Shown here: one piece after another, positions 24,344-35,255 of the stretch
Layout of the letters: each line of letters begins with the position of its first letter
How positions within the stretch are numbered: the first letter of the stretch is position 1
Assembly (NCBI GenBank): GCA_009602735.1
Contig: WELA01000694.1
Location: 394,986 to 458,985 of the forward strand
Origin: Mesotaenium endlicherianum
Lineage: Eukaryota
Direction: 5' to 3'
Length of the DNA stretch: 64,000 bases
Notes under the pieces: model-generated
The model's input: only the letters and a program-made list of their open reading frames with translations
Databases searched by the model: none
Told to the model about the DNA's origin: nothing
Translations under genes and position numbers: made by a program

Positions 24344-26020
24344 ATGGCGCCCACCACACAAAAGGAGGACAGAAAGCGCAAGGCAGAAGAAGCCAGGAGG
24401 ACAATGGAGCAATACCAGAAGGAGCTGGCGGCGACGTCCCTCACCAGGAGAGAACAAGAAAGGGTCCGCAAACAACAAGAGGCGGCAGAAGAGGCACAGA
24501 GGAAGAAGGATCAGGAAGCGGAAAACCTCAGGAAGGCTGAGGAGGAGAGACAGAAGAAACAGCAAGAAGAAGCGGCAGCGGCAGAAGAGGAGAAAAGAAA
24601 AAAGATTGAAGCGGACAGACAGAAGAGCTTGGCCACTTACAGGTATACTGTGGTGGGTGGCCAAAACTTCGATAACCTGAAGGAAGCATTGCTGGCAGCC
24701 CAGGAGATCAACAGGCTGGAACAGACAACACTGCTACAGAAGGAAGGAGCTACAGCACTGGACAGGTACATCGAGACACACACCGGCGTGGTCCTTTACG
24801 AAGATTATGCTAAGATGGTGGGCTATACAGCAGAGCAGGCCCGGTATCTCGCAGATGATTCAGAGGACAAGCCGGTCCCCATACCGGGAATAGTGGGAGA
24901 TCAGAGACTCATCCGGATGGTGAGCATGCGGCCCGATAGCTTTAAGGATACGGTATTCTACCTCACACTCCTGCCAGCTTACAATGAAGTTGAGAGAAGG
25001 AGCTGGGAGTACTTGGCCAGGGAAGCAGGACAGCAGATGTTCTCTCCCCACTGGTTCCCGTGTAAACTGAGGAAGGCTGAGCACGGACCCCAGTACTACC
25101 AGCAGCCAACAGACTGGAGGTGGATGACCGTCACAAATAAGAAGCAGGAGTGTGACCGAGCCCAACCGGATGACTTCCACTATGGCCTAGACGGCTATCT
25201 CATCCTACCACCTCACATTGCCCCTTGGGACCCCAGGCTGAATGGATGCCTGAGCAATATGAATGCAGAGACCAAGGAACATAGGAGGAGGGGAAGAGAG
25301 TACTTCTCTAAGGGAAAGCATGCCTTTGTCAAATGGGCAAAGAATGCAGGCCGGATAGATATCAGTAGGCTGAAGGCCAAGCAACCTCCAGCGCGCCCTA
25401 AGAAAGGGAGGTCGGTAGACTACTCCATGTCTACTAGGGAGCAGGACGACTTAGTGGACGAGACCCCTACTCTCTCCGAGGAGGAGGATGAGGAGGATGA
25501 GGAAGAAGAACAAGGCAGAGGAGAAGCATCAGCAGCAGGTACTCAGGATACCCAGGGAGAGGCAGTGGCACTTCCTAAAGAACCACGATCAGGTGTGTGG
25601 AATGTGATCCCCGTTATGGCGACAACTGGACCCCGCGCTCGCTCCCCCAGCCCACCTGCCCAAGCAGGGGAAGAAGCTGATCTGACTGTACTGGGCAGCA
25701 GACACAGACAGAAATCCCCAGAGGACAGGGGTGCCAGAAGAGGGACACGCGGGTGGGCCAGAGGTATGCCAGCCTCCCCCTCCGCTCAGGGGCATGTACC
25801 TCTAGCCAATGTATTTCAGCATCCTACTGGAATGCCTGTCTATGTGGGAATCAACACCCAAATAGTTGAAGAGCAGGCCACCATCCTCCGTTCTCCTCGA
25901 GGGCCAACTTTAGAGCAAACAGGGTTCTTTAGAAGGCCAGCTGACAGACCTAGAGGGCTGTCCAGATCTAGGTCCAGATCTCCGTCCCCTGATCCTGAAG
26001 CCCCAGGAACCACCCCTTAA
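24344..26020 (+). CDS. ORF3: accessory protein of unknown function (coiled coil, globular core, acidic tract, RS-rich tail)
   Basis: Open ~558-codon sense ORF between pol and the PPT; homologous copies at 43653-44318, 49513-51197 and 56165-56816 differ mostly at third codon positions. Confidence 0.8.
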   Translation: MAPTTQKEDRKRKAEEARRTMEQYQKELAATSLTRREQERVRKQQEAAEEAQRKKDQEAENLRKAEEERQKKQQEEAAAAEEEKRKKIEADRQKSLATYRYTVVGGQNFDNLKEALLAAQEINRLEQTTLLQKEGATALDRYIETHTGVVLYEDYAKMVGYTAEQARYLADDSEDKPVPIPGIVGDQRLIRMVSMRPDSFKDTVFYLTLLPAYNEVERRSWEYLAREAGQQMFSPHWFPCKLRKAEHGPQYYQQPTDWRWMTVTNKKQECDRAQPDDFHYGLDGYLILPPHIAPWDPRLNGCLSNMNAETKEHRRRGREYFSKGKHAFVKWAKNAGRIDISRLKAKQPPARPKKGRSVDYSMSTREQDDLVDETPTLSEEEDEEDEEEEQGRGEASAAGTQDTQGEAVALPKEPRSGVWNVIPVMATTGPRARSPSPPAQAGEEADLTVLGSRHRQKSPEDRGARRGTRGWARGMPASPSAQGHVPLANVFQHPTGMPVYVGINTQIVEEQATILRSPRGPTLEQTGFFRRPADRPRGLSRSRSRSPSPDPEAPGTTP

Positions 26021-26120
26021 GGTGACAGGCTGAAAAGATAGTCAGTAAGGGAGGCTGGTCAGGGTCAGTTTCTTTATTTAAAGCTTTTGCAGTTTAATGT
26101 TGTCGAGGCGACAACAAGTT

Positions 26121-26133
26121 AAGTTGGAGGGAT
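26121..26133 (+). promoter_or_regulatory. Polypurine tract of A1, preceded by the hairpin tgttgtcg-agg-cgacaaca
   Basis: aagttggagggat abuts the 3' LTR. Confidence 0.8.
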
Positions 26134-26852
26134 TGTAATGAATCAGTATATTAGTGGATATAATATTCATTTAAATATAATAGTTAATTAAGTTCAGCCT
26201 GCTGAACTTTAGTTAATAATCAGTCTGCTGGACTTTACATAATTATCAGTTTAATGACTCGGCCGAAAGCAGCAGGCTGAAGTCAACTTAAGTCAGCTTG
26301 CTGACACATTCTTTGACAGCCAGCTGACTTCCGTACTCGGTAGCAGCGAACTGCCTCGATATGCATCTAAGTGTGATATGCTAGATGAATGGCCAGATGA
26401 CATCCCTATGATGGATGGCTATTCGGGATGATGGGAGATGGCGGTGGATTTGGTTAACCGAGGTCCTACCAACGTGGTTAACTCCCGGGTAGGCGGTGCC
26501 ATCGCACTGACCGTTGAACAGTAAACTCATTCCATGTACATATGCTAGGCATTGCTCTCGAGTTCGGCATTCGGAAACGAGGCCAACTCTCTTGTACAGC
26601 TTACTGAGAGAACTCTGAATCCAAGGCGAGAAGCCATTGATACGCACTGTCTTCTAACCTTGCTTATGTATGAGTTTACTGATTTGCATCATTGATGCTA
26701 GTTTACTCGCATTTGACTTACGAGTATTATTCCCTGCTAGTGTATTGTCCTTTGCCGTTTAACTAGTTAACGGAAATACCATAAAGATTACTTGCTGATA
26801 TAAAGATCTTTATTAATTGTTAATCGCCTATTTGGTAAGTCAATTCATTTCA
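26134..26852 (+). repeat. 3' LTR of A1 (719 bp)
   Basis: TG...CA, followed by TSD CATAC. Confidence 0.95.
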
Positions 26853-26918
26853 CATACGTAGCCTGCCTTACTTGCTAGCACTCCATATATCTGAAGATGA
26901 GTATACTATGCAACGGCA

Positions 26919-27180
26919 ATGCGATTGCACCACTTACTTAGTATTGAACCATATTTCCTACTCCAAGCTCCCACAAAGACTTCTTCATTGCTTTTTATGC
27001 AAGAGCCGCAGTCGGACATCCCTGGTCACGTTGCAACACTAACAGCTGAACTCTATGCTCTTCTGCAAAATTACAAGTCAGTGTTTTCACCTGACATACC
27101 TGCAGGTCTCCCACCTGACACAGGTATTGGGCATACTATTCCTCTTCTTCCAGATGTCCAACCGGCCTATTTACCGCCTC
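26919..27180 (+). pseudogene. Fragment of an older Ty3/gypsy pol (PR-RT linker)
   Basis: LLQNYKSVFSPDIPAGLPPDTGIGHTIPLLP matches the VF..GLPP..H.I.L motif seen in the other elements in this window. Confidence 0.7.
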
Positions 27181-27779
27181 AGTTTGCTGGAGCTGCGATC
27201 AAAACCTCGGCTAACCATATTCTCAACCTGCTTCTATCATACCAAATTGCCATCTGCATGAGACAGAAATTTAACGATTTCCAGCTATATTGAAATTACG
27301 TTAATAGGCTCAACTTTATTCAAAATCATAGCTAACTGAATAATCACGATAGAAGTCTCAGACAAAAGGTAATAAGTAAGTTGATTGGGACAACACGACT
27401 GGTTAGAGAGGCAGTCCTAGTTATAAAATTCGTATACGCCGCACACGTGTGAGCGGATATCCGGCTCGTATAAAACATGAGAGTCAACCCTGCACGCTGG
27501 AATTTGCCAAAATATGTGAGTGTCGATAGTTTAAAGCGGTCGCCGGTTTACAAGCGTGTGGAACCGTGTGGAACCGACACATTTAAGGCTGCTTCAAAAA
27601 TTTCCTCCTAATTTCGCTTCGCTGACGGGTCACTCACCTCACACGCTTACATGCTGCCGGTTATGCTGTCGTGACCTTTCACGCGTTGACGTCCGTTCAG
27701 TTTCAATTCTGTCGGCTCTCACATCAGTTGACCATGGTCGCTCTGCATCGTTCTCTAGGAAGCAAACAACAACTAAATT

Positions 27780-28812
27780 TTGGGCAAAAAAATGGTTTCA
27801 AGTGGAACTTCAGCTGGGACTGGACCTTTCCAATCAAGGGTAGGCGTGTGTAGGGCGGGAGTTTTGGATCAGTCCAATCATTATGCATTTACCACGGCTG
27901 CAAGCGTTCGCTCTTGCCTTTCCGACAGAATGGGCGTGGACTTTTGCGCCTGAGTGGCTGGCCAGGTGCTCCACTATTGTTGCTCTGCATGTAACTTCAA
28001 GCAGGGTCAAGCCATCCGGTGTGTTGGCCACTTGGCAGTCCATGTCAACATTGAAAGAGTTGATTCTTACATGCAACAAGGTCTGCAGCTTCCCTGGTAC
28101 TTTTATCTCGTATGCCTTCATAGCACAACTAAAGGGCAACCACATGCATTTGTTTTGGAAACGTGTGTACTATGAGATTTCTTTCAAATTTCACAACCCA
28201 CCGTGGATGTCTTACTTGCAGGATGATTTGGTCGAGGAGCTGAAATTGCTGGCAAGGACAAAAAATCTCACTATGCTGGAGGTACAATAGCAGCCAGACC
28301 GTCTGGGTCGCGGGGACCTTCGCCCACAACTACCCCGGGGTTTGCCAAAAGCCCTCAGAACTCTGACTCTGTGGAATGAAGAATTCCTTGAATTGCGTGA
28401 AGGCGGTTCCCCTGACAGCACAACGTGTAGGCTTTGAATTCTTTGATTTACTCCAAATGCAAGCACGGTTTGCTTGACCTTGGGAGGTGCGACTGTGTGG
28501 CCAAAATTGCGGTTCTTGCTGGCGATGAAGCACTTGCATGTTCACTGGCTGAACAACGCAGACACTCCAGCTGAGTGTCCAACTCTGTGCTTGAATGGCC
28601 CCTGGGCTCAATCACAGGAGACTTTGGCGGTCGCAAACTGTCCACTGATCAGGTTCATAGAAGGGCTTGCGGACCTTTGTGGCCACCCAGCAGTGACCAT
28701 ATACTGCACCTGCAGCCACCACCTAGCCGGCAGTTTTTGCCCACTACATCATGTGCGTGACTGGCCAGATCCCAACTGGTATAGAGAGAAATTTATCGAC
28801 GCTAGGAACTAA
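27780..28812 (+). pseudogene. Possible decayed leucine-rich-repeat-like coding relic
   Basis: LxxLxL-like segments in successive ORFs (HLPRLQAFAL, STLKELILTCN, KNLTMLEV, AMKHLHVHW); interrupted. Confidence 0.3.
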
Positions 28813-29379
28813 CAGGGCAAGTAGTGCAAAGTGTACAGCTCTATTTATGCTCGCAAAATAAGCACATTTTGGGGTGCGCCTAAGTGCCTTATTGTGCAGC
28901 CAGAAACCATGCGTAGGCTACTCTAGTGATTTTGGCAAGTAGGTGATAAAGCGATACGATTGATACGTAGAAAGTGGAGACAGCAATGCGGAATGGGTTG
29001 GATAAAAATATATGAGAAGGTTATGATTTAGTATGTCTTCTCGCTGAAAAAGACATTGAAGTACATTCTCCATAAATGTGTAAGAAGTATACTTGCTTGT
29101 ATGATATTCTTTTAATTGCTATTATGTGTGTTGTTGTAACTAGTTCTTGCTTCAATAAGCAATACATTTCTTACAAATAGGGGGAATGGATACAAGACAC
29201 ATGATGTGACTACTATGCTACTTTGAACTTCTCTTGCAAATTCAATAACATCTGGATATAATCTATCGTTATATTAAAATATGTTTCTCATAAACATTGT
29301 AATGTGAGGCCACCAACCATACTGTGATCCTAGTGAATGGTGTAGGAATTGGGCCCACATTGGGCAAATAGGTCCATGA

Positions 29380-32300
29380 TGTAAGGTCATAGAATTGTAG
29401 ACTGCATTTTTGTGGTCATTCTAATATAAAATTTGCCGAATTTGATTAAGTATTGAGAAAGTTATGGATTTCTGAAGTTTAATTGGTTCAAAGGATGGTT
29501 GACGACTGTCCTAATTTGCGGTGAGCGCGACCGTCGTTTTGACCGACAGCGTTGAGCGATCTGGGCCGTTAGAGTGAATTCGAACCTTCATGGAATTTCG
29601 GCTGACGCGGAGTGCCGACCAGGTCGATTTACCTAGAAGTTTCGAATTAGCCTAGCGCTTCTAAGTTAGTATATTCTAGATATTCCGATGCCTGCATGTG
29701 GAAGTCAAATCGTCCTGAGACGTCGGATGAGGCTGACGTGGCCTCTTCACAAATATTCTGGAAGGAATAATTTGACAAACACTAAGATTTTTCGTTGCTA
29801 AGCGGCCCTCCCTCCTACGAGTGAGCGGTCGTCGTAGAAAAGTATAGATAGACAAAACTTCTTCGTTTCTTATCAGTATTTACTTATTTAAATTCCTACG
29901 GGTTTGTAATAACAAGACCTTTTATCCTATTCCATTTGCGAGCATTTTTTTTGCTACTCAATATGCTGAGTAAATTTCCTAAGCTTTCCTAGTGACATGC
30001 CGCTGCACTATAGAGTATGATTGCCACTAGTTTGGTTCCTCGTCAATGAGTACGCTTCCACTAGGGCACTCCGCCCCTTTCATCTGGTATCGGAGCTGGG
30101 CTAGTTTGCATATTATAGAGTCGCAGTCGACAGTTGGAGGAGGCGAACATGTCAAGCATGTTGAGAGCGTGGAGCAGCAGGCAGTGCCAACAATGATCAC
30201 AGAGCAACAAGAGGTGCAGGCGATGCTAAGGCAAATGGCAACTGCAGTTGGATGAGAAGTTTACACCCAATTTCAACAAAATATGCGCGAGGATGTGGAG
30301 AGAATGGTGTGAATTGTTGTGAGGAACGCCGCTTTAACGAGTTCGGCACCTGCACCTGCTATACCACCACTTCATGTCCAACCAATGGTGCAACCAGTTG
30401 TTCCACCTGCATCGGGAGTGCGTGCGCCTAAGCCTGAAGTGTATGTTGGAGAGCGTGGATTGCCGCCTGTTTATCAATGGATTTTTGGAGTAAAGAAATT
30501 TATAAAGTATTATGCGCTCACGCTCGACAGGCAAGTCGCCTTTGTGAAAACTTTGCTGAAGAAGAGAGTTGGAGCTTGGTATGAGCGAGAGGAGCAGCTG
30601 TTTGGAGTTCCTGCTACTATTGATTAGCTCTTTGAAGGCTTGAAGAGGCAATTTCAACCTATTGCACCCGAGGCTACGACTTGAGATCTATTGGTGCGCC
30701 TTCGTCAACGAGGAAGCGTTCAGGAGTATGTTTTGCGCTTTAACGGGCTGGTGCTTCAATGTCCATCCATGCACGAGTCGGAGGTGATGGATAAGTTCAA
30801 GAGGGGACTCAAGCCAACTGTAGCCAAGGGAGTGGCGCTCAAGGACCTACCAGTCTTGGAGAAATGATGGCATTAGCGACGAGGGTCGACGTTGTGGAAT
30901 ATAGTTAATGGCAATGGGGCAACCACAACTTTGGAAGACATCGACTCTTTGGATCTTAAGCGCCAAGCAAGAGTGGTCAAGGTCCAGTACCTATGGAGTT
31001 GGGACTTGTTAAAATCCAGCGCAGGCAGCAAAATTTTAAGCCGAGCGGACCATGCTATAAATGTGGGCCGTGGCAAGCTTGGGCATCTGGCTCAAGACTG
31101 TCGTGTGAAGGCGAAACAATCTCAACAGCAGGAAAAAGGACGACGCCAGTAAGTCATTCTTGGGTGTCTAGTGGCGTGAAGAAGGAAACTCACAAGGCGG
31201 TTATCCCCAGGAACCTGTCCAGAAGCAAAAAATGAGACGTTGATAAGCCTATTATCGTGGAAGGGGTAGTAGATTGCAACAAGGCGAAGTGTATGGTCGA
31301 CAGTGGCGCAAGCGCAAATCTTGTGCACAAGAAGCTGGTTAAAGAGTGGCGAATCCCCGTATAGAAGCAATATGAGCCAAAGGAGGCAATTTTGGCGAAT
31401 GGGCAGAGACTCAAGTGTGGTGCACCTACGGAAGCTATTCACGTGGAAGTAGCGGGGCACCAAAGAAGTTATAAAGCAGGCAGAGTTAGGTCACCACAAG
31501 GTAATATTGGGCCGACCATGGCTAAAGAAAGCCAACCCTCAAGTGCCCTGGAGCACGAGACCAGTGAAAGTCCAAAGGTGTGATGGTCGAATGGAGACAG
31601 CCAAACAGGTGGAGGTAGACACGATTACAAGTAACTGTCTTCTGTCGAGTCTGCCAGTTAAGAAGCTATGCAGGACAAATCAGGTGAAGGAAATGTACCT
31701 TGTTTTGATGGCCCTGGCTCGATCATCAGATGGAGCAAGCGTGAATCCTAGAAGCTTGAGCGAACGCGCGTCGCCAGAGGAGCAAGTAGTGGTGTCTGAT
31801 CCTCTTGCTCAGAAGGAGCAGAGCCCAAATGGTTCAAGAGAAGAAGAAGCCTGCTGAGATGCCTGCCCAAATTAAGACGCTGTTGGAGGAGTTCAAGTGC
31901 GTGTGTCCTGAGGAGCTACTTGCAGGAATACCTTGACGGACAGCTATGGAGCACAAGATCAAGTTGGAACCAGGAAGAAAGCCACCAGTGAGACCCGCCT
32001 ATAGACAATCGTTTGCGAAGTTGGATGAATTGAAGAAGCAGCTGATAGAGTTGTTGATGAAGGGATTCATTTGACCTAGCGAGTCTCCATTTGCAGCGCC
32101 AGTCTTATTTGTGAAAAAGAAGGATGGGACTATGAGGATGTGTGTCGACTATCGAGCACACAACAAGATCACCATCAAGAACAGGTAGCCACTTTCACGA
32201 GTGGATGAGTTGATTGACAGGCTTGTCGGAGCGAAGTATTTCTCGAAGATCGATTTGGGGAGTGGCTATCACCAGTTACGAATTGCGGATGGGGATGTTC

Positions 32301-35255
32301 AAGAGACTGCTTTCAGGACTCGCTATGGCTTATTTGAGTTCACAATCATGCCTTTTGGGTTGACTAATGCACCTTCTACATTCATGGGACTCATGAAGAG
32401 TATCTTCCGACCCTACTTGGACCAGTTTGTGGTGGTACTTTTTGACGACATCTTGATCGATTTGAAGACCTTGGAGGAGCATGTGGAGCATCTCAAGAAG
32501 GTGTTGGAGGTCTTGAAAGATCAAAAGCTGTATGGAAAGATGAGCAAGTGCGACCTCTATCTCAAGGAAGTCAAGTTTTTGGGACACATAGTGGGAGCTG
32601 AAGGAGTCAAGGTGGAGCAGAAGAAGGTGCAAGCAGTTAGAAATTGGCCGATACCTGTTGAAATTTATCAACTAAGGAGCTTCCTTGACATAGCGAGTTG
32701 TTATCGACGCTTCATTGAAGAATTTGCCAAGGTGTGTGCACCGCTCACAGACATGTTGAAGAAGCAAGAGAAATGGCTGTGGGGTGACAAAGAGCAGCAA
32801 GCCTTTGAGAAGATTAAGGAGTTGTTGACACAAGCACCTGTGTTGGCAATTGCCAGTCCAGAGCTTCCTTTCACCATCATCGCGGACGCATCAAACTTCA
32901 TCAAGATCGACCACAAGACCTTGGAGAAGTTTATGACGCAGCCAACGTTGACACAAAGACAGGCAACGTATGATGGAGTTTCTGCAACAGTTCGACCACA
33001 AGATTGAGTACTACTTACCTGAGAAGATCAACCCTGCACACGTTTATCCAAGAGGTGCGACCTTGCAGCTGTCTCAGTCATCAGGGAGAGTATGGACTTC
33101 AAGGAGAAGCTTAAGAAAGGTTACGAGGAGGACCTAGATTTTGCCAATGGTGGAGCAGCTGAGTCCAACTCAAGTATGCAGAAGAAGGACGGCATATGGT
33201 ATTATGGTGATTCCAAGAGAGTGGTGGTACCTGACATCAAGCAGCTACGAGTCTTATTACTTGCGGAGCATCATGACTGCTTATATGCTGGACACTTTGG
33301 AAGCGAGAAGACGGGGAGCGTGCTAAAGCGAGAGTACTATTGGAGAAATATGGACAAGGATGTTGAGGAGTGGATCAGTTTTTGCGATGCGTGCCAGAGA
33401 AACAAGACACCAAATCAAAAGAAGGGAGGTACATTGCAACACCTGCCTATTCCAGAGTATCCTTGGGAGCAGATTGCTATGGACTTCATCACATCTTTAC
33501 CAGTGAGTGGTCAAGGGTACTATGCAGTATGGGTTGTGTCTGATAGGCTCAGCAAGATGGCTCACTGCAATCCCATGAAGGCGACTTCTACGGCAGCAGA
33601 TGTGGCACAGTTATTTTTTGATCATATTCTCAGGCTACATGGGTTGCAGAAGGCGATTGTTTCAAATCAGAATCCAATATTTATTAGCAACTTTTGGCGG
33701 TCATTGTTTACTTTGATGGGGACCAAGCTGAATATGAGCACTTCCTATCACCCTCAGACAGACGGGCAGAGTAAGAGGAAGATGTGCTCAGGAATTTTAC
33801 AATGGAAGACCCTTCAGAGTGGGACAAGAAGCTGCCAAGGTTGGAGTTTGCCTACAACACCAGCATGCAGGGATCAACCAAGCGGTCGCTATTCACTATG
33901 GTTTACGGGAGAGAAGTATATCATCCAGGGACTATCTTGTTGGAGAAGGCTAAGGAGACTCAGATTCCTACTACACAAGCTTTTATGGAGCAGATGGCCA
34001 AGACTTGGGACATAGCAAAAACGTGGATTCGGAAGGCACATGAAGAGCAGGTCAAGCATGCTAACAAGCACAGGAGGGAAGTGACATTCCATGTGGGCGA
34101 CCAAGTACTCTTTTCAACAGAGAATCTATCTTTCACGGGCAAGAGGAAACTGTGAGCACAATTTACAGGTCCATTTGTGGTGCTCAAGCAGGTGAATCCA
34201 GTGGCCTACAAGTTATAACTTCCTTCACATTGGGGTATACATGACGTGTTCCATGACAGTTACCTGCGGACATACGTTGACCCGAATGAAGGACATCCAG
34301 GACGACTACCTACACCGTCACCACCGGTCGAGATCGACGATGTATTGAAATATGAAGTGGAGGCGATTGTCGGAGATTGAAGAGTCAAGCGAGGTCAACG
34401 ATTCGTCCAAGAGTATCTTGTCAAGTGGAAAAGCTACCATGCGGACGACAACATTTGGGAGCCCAAGGCCAACTTGACTCATTGTAAAATGAAGTTGAGG
34501 CTTTATCTGCAAAACGCGTCGAGGACATTGCGTCTTGAGGAGGGAGATGATGTAAGGTTGAAAAATTGTGGATTGCATTTTTGTGATCATTTTGATATAA
34601 AATTTGTTGGATTTGGTAAAGTATTGAGAAAGTTATGGATTTCTGAAGTTTAATTGGTATAAAGGTTGGTCAACGACTGTCCTTAATTTGCGTTGAGCGC
34701 GACCGTCAAATTGACCAACAGCGTCAAGCGATCTGGGCCGTTAGAGTGAATTCGAACCTTCATGCAATTTCAGCTAACGCGGAGTGCCGACCAGGTCGAT
34801 TTACTTAGAAGTTTCAAATTAGCCTAGCGCGTCTAAGTTAGTATATTCTAGATATTTCGATGCATGCATGTGGACGTCAAAATCGGCCCGACACGTCGGA
34901 TGAGGTTGATCTGGCCTACTTACGAATCTTCTGGAAGGGACAATTTGACAAACACTTAGAATTTTCTTTGATAAGGAGCCCCTTCTCCTACGGGTGAGCG
35001 GTTGTCGTAAAAAAGTATAAATAGACATAACTTCTTCGTTTCTTATCTATTTTCAGTTATGTAAATGTCTACGGATTTGTAACGACAAGATCTTTCAACC
35101 TATTCCATTTGTAAGCACTTTTTCCGCTACTCAAAATGCTAAGTAAATTTCCTAAGCTTTCTTAGTGATATGCCGCTGCACTCTTGAGTGTGATTGCGAT
35201 TAATTTGGATCCTCGTGAGTGAGTACGCTTCCACTAGGGCACTCCGCCCCATTCA
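29380..35255 (+). mobile_element. Decayed Ty3/gypsy chromovirus (family B)
   Basis: LTRs 29380-30082 and 34551-35255; TSD CATGA on both sides; PBS TGGTATCGGAGC at 30085; PPT gaggagggagatga; gag, PR (VDSGAS), RT, INT and chromodomain (YEVEAI...YLVKWKSY...IWEP), all with stops or deletions. Confidence 0.93.

Larger units (their letters stand above)
18034..26852 (+). mobile_element. Intact Ty3/gypsy chromovirus (family A, copy A1) with an extra ORF3
   Basis: TG...CA LTRs at 18034-18778 and 26134-26852; 5-bp TSD CATAC (18029-18033, 26853-26857); PBS, PPT and uninterrupted gag, pol and ORF3. Confidence 0.97.

Noticed and set aside
24344..26020. ORF3 as an envelope gene
   Set aside because: The position is env-like, but no signal peptide or hydrophobic transmembrane segment is visible.
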